A stretch of 64,000 nucleotides of DNA, taken from the IMG/VR virus record IMGVR_UViG_3300032093_000017; one strand, 5' to 3'. Of the stretch, positions 18,865 to 27,202 are shown piece after piece; the stretch's first letter is position 1; each line of letters opens with the position of its first letter. Under the pieces are notes generated by a model. The model did no database searches. It was not told the origin of the DNA and was given only the letters and a program-made list of their open reading frames with translations. This DNA comes from a virus. Made by a program: the position numbers and the translations under genes.

Positions 18865-19089
18865 ATGACCGAACAACAGGAACATCTTGCAAATCTCGTA
18901 AAGCAAGCACAAGACCTATCTCTTGAATTGGAAGGATTGCAAACTAAGGCTACAGCAAAAAGAGAACTTTTTCTGAAGGTTCAAGGTGCGATTGAGTATC
19001 TTACCCAAATTGGTGTAACTCTTCCAGAACCAGAACCAGAAGAAATTCCACTTCCAGAAACAGAAGAACCTGAAACGGAAGAAGAATGA
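18865..19089 (+). CDS. Hypothetical coiled-coil protein with an acidic tail
   Basis: ATG at 18865 after TATAAATA. Confidence 0.6.
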   Translation: MTEQQEHLANLVKQAQDLSLELEGLQTKATAKRELFLKVQGAIEYLTQIGVTLPEPEPEEIPLPETEEPETEEE

Positions 19090-19095
19090 GGTTTA

Positions 19096-19118
19096 GTCCC
19101 CGAAAGGGGACTTTTTTA
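19096..19118 (+). terminator. Intrinsic terminator
   Basis: AGTCCCC-GAAA-GGGGACT followed by a T tract. Confidence 0.85.
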
Positions 19119-19122
19119 TGAC

Positions 19123-19156
19123 TTGACACCAGAACCAGACCGTAGTATGATAAATA
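19123..19156 (+). promoter_or_regulatory. psbA tandem sigma70 and late promoter
   Basis: TTGACA-17 nt-TATGAT overlapping TAAATA. Confidence 0.8.
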
Positions 19157-19209
19157 GGTAAACAAATGTTAAGGATTCCTCATAATTCTTAACATTGTCA
19201 AACACCCGT

Positions 19210-19305
19210 TAACCGAGACCTATGGGTGTATAAGAACGTCTCTCATACCCACAATGGAGGGTGTTGTGGGATATACTGTAACCATCCAGTTCCCCCTGGA
19301 CTTTT
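19210..19305 (+). ncRNA. Structured psbA 5' leader, probably the PhotoRC-II motif
   Basis: Stems GAGAC/GTCTC, CCCACAAT/GTTGTGGG and TCCAG/CTGGA upstream of cyanophage psbA. Confidence 0.6.
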
Positions 19306-19324
19306 ACTTACCCTTTTAAAACAA

Positions 19325-20884
19325 ATGACTGCTTCAATCGCTTCACGCCGTTCTGGCGAAAATACCTGGGAACAATTTTGTAACTGGGTGACTTCAACCG
19401 ATAACCGTCTTTATGTCGGGTGGTTTGGTGTTTTGATGATTCCAACGCTGCTTACTGCTGCTACTTGTTTCATTATCGCATTCATTGGTGCTCCTCCTGT
19501 GGACATTGATGGTATTCGTGAACCCGTTGCTGGTTCTCTAATGTACGGAAACAACATCATCTCTGGTGCCGTTGTTCCTTCGTCCAATGCAATTGGACTG
19601 CACTTTTATCCCATCTGGGAAGCTGCTTCCCTAGATGAGTGGCTTTACAACGGTGGACCTTTCCAACTTGTTGTCTTCCACTTCCTCATCGGCATCTATT
19701 GCTATATGGGTCGTGAATGGGAACTCTCTTACCGTCTAGGTATGCGTCCTTGGATTATGGTTGCTTACAGTGCTCCTGTTGCTGCTGCGAGTGCAGTTTT
19801 CCTGGTCTATCCTTTCGGTCAAGGTTCTTTCTCTGATGCAATGCCTCTGGGTATTTCTGGTACGTTCAACTATATGCTTGTGTTCCAGGCAGAGCACAAC
19901 ATCCTGATGCACCCCTTCCATATGCTTGGAGTTGCTGGTGTGTTCGGTGGTTCTCTGTTCAGTGCAATGCACGGTTCTCTGGTTACTTCCTCGCTGGTTC
20001 GTGAAACCACTGAGAATGAGTCTCAGAACTACGGTTATAAGTTCGGCCAAGAAGAAGAGACTTATAACATCGTTGCTGCTCACGGTTATTTCGGTCGTCT
20101 TATTTTCCAATATGCGTCCTTTAATAACTCCCGTTCACTGCACTTCTTCCTTGCTGCCTGGCCCGTTGTAGGCATCTGGTTCACTGCTCTTGGTGTGAGC
20201 ACTATGGCTTTTAACCTCAATCGTCGGGGTCCCGTCCTAGCAATTTGACGGTAAACATCGGGTGAACTGCTGGAAGCCCTCCACAAATGGGTAATCAGCA
20301 TCCAAGTCCAAAGTACACTTTGGAAAGGTTCAGAGACTACCTGAGGAGTTCAGTCTCCTTAATAACAGGAATAAGTGCCCGACATCCTAAACGGATGAAG
20401 ATATAGTCCACTCCTTAAAGATGGTAAATTTAAGGGTTCAGTGTAACGGTTTCAACTTTAACCAATCTATCGTAGATAGTCAGGGTAAAGTTATTAATAC
20501 TTGGGCAGATGTGCTCAATCGTGCAGGACTCGGAATGGAGGTAATGCACGAACGGAACGCTAGATTTGTTGGTGTTCTTGCTTAGGAATAAGCATTAGTA
20601 AAATCGGGTTAAACGGGGAAACTCTCTATGAGACAATCCCGTACCAAGTCAGAAAGGGTTTAAGTTTTCTGAAAGGTCTAACGACTAGGTGGTGAGTCCC
20701 AACAATAATCCACCCACGAATGCCCGACATCCAGAACGGATGAAGAGATAGTCTGAACTTACTAGTGATAGTAAGAAGTAGAGGATAAAGAACCACTACG
20801 ATAACAAAATTGCACAACTTCCCACTTGACCTTGCTGCCGCAGAAGCAACTCCTGTTGCTCTTACTGCACCTGCAATCGGTTGA
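19325..20884 (+). CDS. psbA: Photosystem II D1; exons 19325-20217, 20444-20561, 20813-20884
   Basis: The spliced exons total 1083 nt (360 aa) and restore AFNL^NGFNFNQS and HERNA^HNFPLDLA. Confidence 0.97.
20218..20443 (+). mobile_element. Group I intron 1 in psbA (226 nt, no ORF)
   Basis: Exon ends in U and intron ends in G; IGS GGGGU pairs with ACCU^C; R GTTCAGAGACTA and S AAGATATAGTCC elements. Confidence 0.9.
20562..20812 (+). mobile_element. Group I intron 2 in psbA (251 nt, no ORF)
   Basis: IGS GGUGUU pairs with AACGCU; R GTCTAACGACTA and S AAGAGATAGTCT elements; terminal G. Confidence 0.9.
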
Positions 20885-20891
20885 TAAAATT

Positions 20892-20918
20892 GGAGACCCT
20901 TTACGGGTCTCTTTTTTT
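20892..20918 (+). terminator. psbA terminator
   Basis: GAGACCC-TTTAC-GGGTCTC followed by T7. Confidence 0.85.
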
Positions 20919-20971
20919 GTGCTATAATGGAGTTTAAGATTTTATAAATAGTTAAAAGATTAAACACCATA

Positions 20972-21493
20972 ATGAGAACCACGAAGATTTGTAGAACCTG
21001 CACACAAGAACTTCCTATCTCTGATTTTAGAGAAGGTCGTAGAAGGTGTTTAAGATGTGAGGAAAAAACTTATGCTGAAAACTGGGCAAGTAAAACTCAC
21101 ATTACTTGCAACAAGTGTGGTGTAGAAAAATTGATTTCTGAATATTACAAAGGGCACAAAAGGTGCAAGGAATGTTATAGTAAAGACTATAAGGATAAGA
21201 AACCTTCCTTTGATGATAAGAAGGACTATATGTTGAAATATACTTATGGAGAAGATTTTGGACTAGACGAATATAAAAAACTCCTTCAGGAACAAAATGA
21301 AGTTTGTGCTATTTGCTTTAATCCAAATACCAATGGTAGAAAAGATAGTAATAGTCTTTATGTGGACCACGACCATAATACTGGTAAAGTTCGTGGATTG
21401 CTTTGTAGCAACTGTAATAGAATGCTTGGTCTAGTTGGTGATAATTTAAATACATTAAGTAGTGCAGTTAAATATCTACAAAAGCACCAATAA
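20972..21493 (+). mobile_element. Free-standing Endonuclease VII-family homing endonuclease (F-CphI-like)
   Basis: CAIC...VDHDH.TGKVRGLLCSNCN; N-terminal CxxC repeats; directly downstream of psbA; TATAAATA at 20943. Confidence 0.85.
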
Positions 21494-21494
21494 T

Positions 21495-21614
21495 ATGAGT
21501 CATAATACCCAAAACGAACCTATACCTAACTGGATAATCTGGGCAGGCATAGGACTTATGATATTCACAATACTTTGCTTTGTCTTACTAACTGTTGGGA
21601 TGATTTATGAATGA
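21495..21614 (+). CDS. 39-aa single-TM peptide
   Basis: MSHNTQNEPIPNWIIWAGIGLMIF... Confidence 0.45.
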   Translation: MSHNTQNEPIPNWIIWAGIGLMIFTILCFVLLTVGMIYE

Positions 21615-21649
21615 GCAAAAGAATAAATAACTAAAAAGTATCTCATAAG

Positions 21650-22120
21650 ATGGACTCACAAGAACTTCGCAATCTTCAAGAAGCATATATGGAAGTTGTT
21701 GAAAATCAGAAACTTGATGAAGAAATAACTCCCGAAAGAAGAACACAATATAAAAGAGGTCTTAAAGTTAGACAAACAAACCAAGAAACTGGTTTTGGTA
21801 AAGGAAGACCAAGAAAAAGAGCAACCTCACCACAACCAGGAGCACAACATTATAGAAAAGGAATGACGCAATCTCATCGTGATACTATGAGAGATGCTGC
21901 GAGAGAAGAAAATCCCGAAAGACCAGAAGGTAGTGGTTCTCTTCCAAAGGGTAAAAAGTTAGAAAGACAAAAGAAAACAGGTGTAAGTGCTGAAAGTTTT
22001 GATATTTACGACATCATCCTCTCACATCTTCTTGATGAAGGATATGCTGAAACACCAGAAGCAGCAGAAGCAATTATGGTGAATATGAGTGAAGATTGGA
22101 GACAGAGTATTATTGGTTGA
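21650..22120 (+). CDS. Late protein with conserved ends and a variable core, copy 2
   Basis: Termini match 13899-14342; shares the upstream ATAAATAACTAAAAAG. Confidence 0.8.
   Translation: MDSQELRNLQEAYMEVVENQKLDEEITPERRTQYKRGLKVRQTNQETGFGKGRPRKRATSPQPGAQHYRKGMTQSHRDTMRDAAREENPERPEGSGSLPKGKKLERQKKTGVSAESFDIYDIILSHLLDEGYAETPEAAEAIMVNMSEDWRQSIIG
22001..22120 (+). repeat. 120-nt dispersed repeat, copy B
   Basis: Matches 14223-14342, including a 48-nt perfect run. Confidence 0.9.
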
Positions 22121-22142
22121 GTATAATGTGATATAATACGTA

Positions 22143-22168
22143 GGAGACCTGTGAAGGTCTCTTTTTTT
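22143..22168 (+). terminator. Intrinsic terminator
   Basis: GAGACCT-GTGA-AGGTCTC followed by T7. Confidence 0.85.
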
Positions 22169-22185
22169 ATGAGCAATAATACTCA

Positions 22186-22219
22186 TTGACCTCTTTTGTA
22201 AAGTATTGTAAACTAAATA
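22186..22219 (+). promoter_or_regulatory. psbD promoter with HLR1 site and late promoter
   Basis: TTGACC-17 nt-TAAACT; HLR1 at 22195-22212; TAAATA at 22214. Confidence 0.75.
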
Positions 22220-22243
22220 TGAGAAATACTAAAAGGAGGATTG

Positions 22244-23305
22244 ATGGTATCTTCATCACTTTCATTACCAAACCAACAACGAAGTTGGTTTGATTTACTT
22301 GATGATTGGTTGAAAAGAGATAGGTTTGTGTTTATTGGATGGAGTGGTTTACTTTTTATGCCTTGTGCTTACCTAGCATTAGGTGGATGGTTTACTGGAA
22401 TTACATTCGTCACGAGTTTTTATACACACGGTTTAGCATCCTCATTTCTAGAAGGTTGTAATGCGTTGACCGCTGCGGTAAGCACCCCAGCAGATGCTAT
22501 GGGTCATTCTCTTCTTCTGCTCTGGGGTCCTGAGGCTCAAGGGGATATCGTCAGGTGGTTCCAACTTGGGGGACTCTGGACTTTTGTGGCACTCCACGGT
22601 GCCTTTAGTTTGATTGGATTTATGCTTCGTCAGTTTGAGATTGCTCGTCTTGTAGGCATTCGTCCTTATAATGCTATTGCGTTTTCTGGTCCGATTGCAG
22701 TATTCGTTTCTGTATTCTTGATGTATCCACTGGGTCAGTCCAGTTGGTTCTTTGCTCCATCCTTTGGGGTAGCAGCAATCTTCAGGTTCCTGCTGTTCCT
22801 TCAGGGTTTCCATAACTGGACTCTCAACCCCTTCCATATGATGGGAGTTGCTGGTATACTAGGAGGAGCACTACTCTGTGCGATTCACGGAGCAACCGTA
22901 GAAAACACTCTATTTGAAGATAGTGAGCAAGCAAATACATTCAAAGCATTTGAACCTACGCAAGAGGAAGAGACTTACTCAATGGTTACTGCGAACAGAT
23001 TCTGGTCACAGATTTTTGGTATTGCTTTCAGTAATAAGCGTTGGCTTCATTTCTTTATGCTTTTCGTTCCCGTTATGGGTCTTTGGACTTCTTCTATTGG
23101 TATTATTGGTCTGGCTCTCAATCTTCGTGCTTACGATTTCGTGAGTCAGGAGATTCGTGCAGCAGAAGACCCTGAGTTTGAAACCTTCTATACCAAGAAT
23201 ATTCTCTTGAATGAAGGTCTTCGTGCTTGGATGGCTCCAGTAGACCAACCACACGAGCAGTTTGTGTTCCCAGAGGAAGTACTTCCGAGGGGTAATGCTC
23301 TTTGA
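22244..23305 (+). CDS. psbD: Photosystem II D2
   Basis: [14 protein letters not shown]...[10 protein letters not shown]; AGGAGG RBS. Confidence 0.97.
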   Translation: MVSSSLSLPNQQRSWFDLLDDWLKRDRFVFIGWSGLLFMPCAYLALGGWFTGITFVTSFYTHGLASSFLEGCNALTAAVSTPADAMGHSLLLLWGPEAQGDIVRWFQLGGLWTFVALHGAFSLIGFMLRQFEIARLVGIRPYNAIAFSGPIAVFVSVFLMYPLGQSSWFFAPSFGVAAIFRFLLFLQGFHNWTLNPFHMMGVAGILGGALLCAIHGATVENTLFEDSEQANTFKAFEPTQEEETYSMVTANRFWSQIFGIAFSNKRWLHFFMLFVPVMGLWTSSIGIIGLALNLRAYDFVSQEIRAAEDPEFETFYTKNILLNEGLRAWMAPVDQPHEQFVFPEEVLPRGNAL

Positions 23306-23311
23306 TTTTAT

Positions 23312-23334
23312 AAGACCCTTCGGGGTCTTTTTTT
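23312..23334 (+). terminator. psbD terminator
   Basis: AAGACCC-TTCG-GGGTCTT followed by a T tract. Confidence 0.9.
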
Positions 23335-23383
23335 ATCACACAAGACCTATAGTAGTCCTACATACAACAGTTACTTCTTACTT

Positions 23384-23545
23384 ATGAAAACCTTAACTCT
23401 TACAGAAGAGCAAATCAAACTTCTTGCTGATGCAGTATGGATGCGTCAGCGTCGTTTTATTGCTGGAGACAAACGATTCAAAGAATATGGGGAGATACTG
23501 AATAATATTCTTGAAGATATGGAATACACTCCATCAAGATTTTGA
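23384..23545 (+). CDS. Hypothetical protein (53 aa)
   Basis: MKTLTLTEEQIKLLADAVW... Confidence 0.5.
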   Translation: MKTLTLTEEQIKLLADAVWMRQRRFIAGDKRFKEYGEILNNILEDMEYTPSRF

Positions 23546-23620
23546 ATGTTTTCAATTCATAACAAAATCTACCACATTAACAAGAACCCATTATAATTAC
23601 AAATGAGTTCTTACTTTTTT

Positions 23621-24283
23621 ATGAAGATCTTTTTAGATACAGCAGATGTTTCAATGATTAGTCCAGCATATGAGACTGGACTATTGGATGGAGTCACTAC
23701 AAATCCATCACTAATTCTCAAAAGTGGTAGACAACTCCAAGAAGTTATTGAAGAAATTTCCACAACATTTACAAATTTAGAAAGCATTTCAGCAGAGGTT
23801 GTTGCAGATACTGCCGAAGAAATGCTTTCACAAGCACAAAAATTTTATACAATTGCACCAGCAGTTACAATCAAAGTTCCTTGTACTGTAGAAGGACTTA
23901 AAGTATGTAAGTTTCTGACAGATAAGGGAATTCAAGTCAATGTAACCCTGGTGTTCTCAGTAGCACAAGCAATTCTTGCATCCAAAGCAGGAGCAACATT
24001 CATTTCACCTTTCGTTGGTCGTTGGATGGATAATTCAATTGATGGAATTGAACTTATCAAAAACATCCGTAAGGCATTTGATTACTCAGGAACATCTACA
24101 CAAATTCTTGCAGCATCTCTTCGTGATGTAAGACAGGTAGAACAATCTGCTCTAAATGGTGCTGATGTGGTTACAATTCCTCCTATTGTATTCTGGGCAA
24201 TGTATAGTAACATTATGACTGATAAGGGTCTAGAACTCTTTCAGAAGGATTGGGAAACCGTTATTGATAATCAAAAAGAATGA
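23621..24283 (+). CDS. talC: Transaldolase (TalC/Fsa type)
   Basis: IFLDTAD, GVTTNPS, IKVP and SPFVGR motifs. Confidence 0.95.
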   Translation: MKIFLDTADVSMISPAYETGLLDGVTTNPSLILKSGRQLQEVIEEISTTFTNLESISAEVVADTAEEMLSQAQKFYTIAPAVTIKVPCTVEGLKVCKFLTDKGIQVNVTLVFSVAQAILASKAGATFISPFVGRWMDNSIDGIELIKNIRKAFDYSGTSTQILAASLRDVRQVEQSALNGADVVTIPPIVFWAMYSNIMTDKGLELFQKDWETVIDNQKE

Positions 24284-25611
24284 AATCAATAGTTATATTT
24301 GGAGCAACTGGAGACCTTTGCAAAAGGAAACTTATACCGGCACTTTATTCTCTTCATAAGAAAAATCTTTTACCAAAAGGATTTAAAATTATTGGTGCTT
24401 CCAGAACCAAACATAGTAAGGAGAGTTGGGTTGAGATTTTAGGGCATTATTCTCAAGAGTTTATTAAAAGACTTAATTATGTTTCTTGTGACCTAAGTGA
24501 TGTAGAATCTTTAAAACTGATAGATTCTTATGATGACACCACTTATTTTCTATCAGTTCCTCCAGAAAGATATGTTGATGCAATTACCAATCTAAAAGAG
24601 GCAGGTAAGTTAGATGACGCAGAAAAATCCAGAGTCATTATTGAGAAACCTTTTGGCACCGATCTTCAATCTGCTAATCATTTACAATCTGTGGTGGCTG
24701 GATATTTACGCGAGAAACAAGTATATCGCATTGATCATTATCTCGGTAAAGATACTGTTAATAATATCCTTGCCACCCGCTTTAGCAATATATTATTGGA
24801 ACCACTTTGGAACAGGAACTTTGTAGAAGAAGTTCAGATCTTTGCAACTGAAACAATTGGTTGTGAAGGTCGTGCTCAGTATTATGATACTGCTGGTGCT
24901 GTGAGAGATATGCTTCAAAACCACATGCTTCAGGTGCTTGCATTGATTGCAATGGAACCTCCTTGTAAAAATGATGCTAAAGAAATTCGCAGAGAGAAGG
25001 TTAAGGTTCTCGCAGCGACAAGACTGGGTGATAATGTAGTTCTTGGACAATATGATGATTATAAAAATGAGGAAGGAGTAACTCCAGGTTCTCAAACTCC
25101 AACCTTTGTTGCTGGTGAGTTGTATGTTGATAATTGGAGATGGAAAGGAGTTCCATTTCACTTTATGACTGGTAAAAAAATGCCTGTAAATTGTGTTGAG
25201 GTTGTGATTAAGTTTAAGTCTCCACCACAACAATTGTTTGATGGGCACGATTGTAATGATAGAATTGTAATGAGATTGCAACCAGATCCACATTTGGATA
25301 TGAGTATTGATATTAAATCTCCTGGTCTAAATGATAAGGTAGAAACGGCAATTCTTCAGTATCATTATCCAGTAGAAAAAGCAATTGATGGTTATGTAAA
25401 ACTTTTTTATGATGCAATTAATGAAGATCAATCACACTTTGTTCACGCAGATGAAGTGTTAGAATCTTGGAGAATTGTTGATGATCTTTTATGTACTGGA
25501 GATCAATGTCGTATTATGACAATGCCATATCTTTATAACGAAGGTGTTTGGGGACCTTGGCAAAAAACAGAACTGATTACTAAGTGGGATTATCCACTCA
25601 AATTAAAATAG
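24280..25611 (+). CDS. zwf: Glucose-6-phosphate dehydrogenase
   Basis: GATGDL, EKPFG and RIDHYLGK motifs. Confidence 0.95.
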   Translation: MKSIVIFGATGDLCKRKLIPALYSLHKKNLLPKGFKIIGASRTKHSKESWVEILGHYSQEFIKRLNYVSCDLSDVESLKLIDSYDDTTYFLSVPPERYVDAITNLKEAGKLDDAEKSRVIIEKPFGTDLQSANHLQSVVAGYLREKQVYRIDHYLGKDTVNNILATRFSNILLEPLWNRNFVEEVQIFATETIGCEGRAQYYDTAGAVRDMLQNHMLQVLALIAMEPPCKNDAKEIRREKVKVLAATRLGDNVVLGQYDDYKNEEGVTPGSQTPTFVAGELYVDNWRWKGVPFHFMTGKKMPVNCVEVVIKFKSPPQQLFDGHDCNDRIVMRLQPDPHLDMSIDIKSPGLNDKVETAILQYHYPVEKAIDGYVKLFYDAINEDQSHFVHADEVLESWRIVDDLLCTGDQCRIMTMPYLYNEGVWGPWQKTELITKWDYPLKLK

Positions 25612-25621
25612 GAGTAAAAAA

Positions 25622-26653
25622 ATGAAAGTAGGATTGATTGGATTAGGTAGAATGGGTGAAGGTATGTCTCGTCGTATGATGAAGGCAGGAATAGAAGTTT
25701 GGGGTTACAGAAGAAATCTTGATAAGGCAAATGAATTATTTGAAAGGGGTTATATTTCTGGATATGCTGCCGATATTGAAACTCTTGTTAGGATAGTTAA
25801 ACGAAATAAAAATGGAGAACAACCTGGAATTTTTCAGATGGTTGTACCTGCAGAAACAGTAGAGGAGACTATCAATGAGCTACTACGATATTGTGGTGAA
25901 GGAGATATTATTATTGATCATGGCAATAGCAATTTTAAAGACAGTCGGAAGAGAGCAGAACGACTTGCAAAGCAGGGCATCCAGTATATTGATTGTGGCA
26001 CTAGTGGTGGTGTTTACGGTTTGGATCGTGGATACTGTCTTATGGTTGGAGGTGGAAATACTGCAGTCGCCACTTGTTCGCGCATTTTTAATGCACTCGC
26101 CCCAGGAATTGACGCTGCCCCCAGGACTCAATTTGACTCAGACATAACTTCTGCTGAATATGGGTGGTTGCATTGTGGTGGACCAGGTGCAGGGCACTTT
26201 GTAAAGATGGTGCATAATGGTATTGAATATGGTATTATGCAAGCATACGCAGAAGGATTCAACATTATCAAGAATGCAAATGCAGGTGCTCAGTATGTCA
26301 GAGAAGGAGATGCAGAAGTTGCCCCAATGGCAGATCCAGAATCTTACTGCTATGATATTGACGTTGCTGAGGTTGCTGAGTTATGGCGTCGTGGTAGTGT
26401 GGTTGGGTCTTGGTTACTTGACCTTACTGCTGATGTGTTACGCAGGGATGGTAGACTTAAACAGTTCTCTGGAGGCGTATCCGACAGTGGTGAGGGTCGC
26501 TGGACTGTTTCTGCCGCTGTGGATCTGGGGATTCCCGCTCCTGTTATTACTACTGCGCTATTTGAAAGATTTAACTCACGCAATCTCGGATCCTTCGGAG
26601 CAAAAATCTTGAACGGAATGAGGTTTATGTTTGGGGGACATCACGTTAGATGA
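25622..26653 (+). CDS. gnd: 6-phosphogluconate dehydrogenase (short chain)
   Basis: GLGRMG, AGHFVKMVHNGIEYG and FGGH motifs. Confidence 0.95.
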   Translation: MKVGLIGLGRMGEGMSRRMMKAGIEVWGYRRNLDKANELFERGYISGYAADIETLVRIVKRNKNGEQPGIFQMVVPAETVEETINELLRYCGEGDIIIDHGNSNFKDSRKRAERLAKQGIQYIDCGTSGGVYGLDRGYCLMVGGGNTAVATCSRIFNALAPGIDAAPRTQFDSDITSAEYGWLHCGGPGAGHFVKMVHNGIEYGIMQAYAEGFNIIKNANAGAQYVREGDAEVAPMADPESYCYDIDVAEVAELWRRGSVVGSWLLDLTADVLRRDGRLKQFSGGVSDSGEGRWTVSAAVDLGIPAPVITTALFERFNSRNLGSFGAKILNGMRFMFGGHHVR

Positions 26654-26772
26654 TTAGTTCAGAAACACCTTATAAATTGGATGAGATCATTCGTGATACT
26701 TGGCCACAACTTTACAGACCCATGAAAAAAGAGTATAATAAAGAAAAGGAAACTAAAAATGAAAAAGTATAA
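26650..26772 (+). CDS. Hypothetical protein (40 aa)
   Basis: MISSETPYKLDEIIRDTWPQLYRP...; ATGA overlap with gnd. Confidence 0.5.
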   Translation: MISSETPYKLDEIIRDTWPQLYRPMKKEYNKEKETKNEKV

Positions 26773-27070
26773 TGAAGAATATTTTTCAGTAATTGATAGA
26801 AACACTGGAAAAAAACTTATGGATTGTGGTTTGGAGGAAGATGCTCTTGAGATGGTTTCTTTTGATCCCCAAAACCGCACTTATACTCGCAATAAGTTTC
26901 TGATGGGTCAGGTGATTGATGTTGAGATACCAAAGGCACTGCCAACGAATGAAATTGCTATCAATACCAAACCTTATCAAGAGCATCAAGATGAGTGGAT
27001 GGTTGAGAAAATTAATCAATTACCACAAATCAAACTTCCTGATAGGCAAGCAGAACCTTTTATGGTATGA
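26759..27070 (+). CDS. Hypothetical protein
   Basis: ORF within the operon. Confidence 0.6.
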   Translation: MKKYNEEYFSVIDRNTGKKLMDCGLEEDALEMVSFDPQNRTYTRNKFLMGQVIDVEIPKALPTNEIAINTKPYQEHQDEWMVEKINQLPQIKLPDRQAEPFMV

Positions 27071-27195
27071 ATCATCGTAAAAGAAAACAATCTGAGAATC
27101 TTAAAAAGAAGAGGATGCACACCCCTGATCTAAATAGTCTAAGTCGTGCTTGGGCAAGGAGTGCTTGTGCTCATAAATACAAGAAAAAAAGTTGA
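27067..27195 (+). CDS. Basic hypothetical protein (42 aa)
   Basis: MNHRKRKQ...; ATGA overlap. Confidence 0.4.
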   Translation: MNHRKRKQSENLKKKRMHTPDLNSLSRAWARSACAHKYKKKS

Positions 27196-27202
27196 TAGTT
27201 AA

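Noticed and set aside
19226-20248. ORF track suggests an N-extended, C-truncated psbA (pseudogene)
   Set aside because: The true start is ATG 19325, and removing two group I introns restores a 360-aa D1
20626-21003. Minus-strand 125-aa ORF across intron 2
   Set aside because: Antisense to psbA exon 3 and the intron core; no nuclease motif
14223-22120. 120-nt repeat pair as a DGR template/variable repeat or as transposon ends
   Set aside because: Mismatches are mostly silent and not adenine-specific; no reverse transcriptase or transposase in the window
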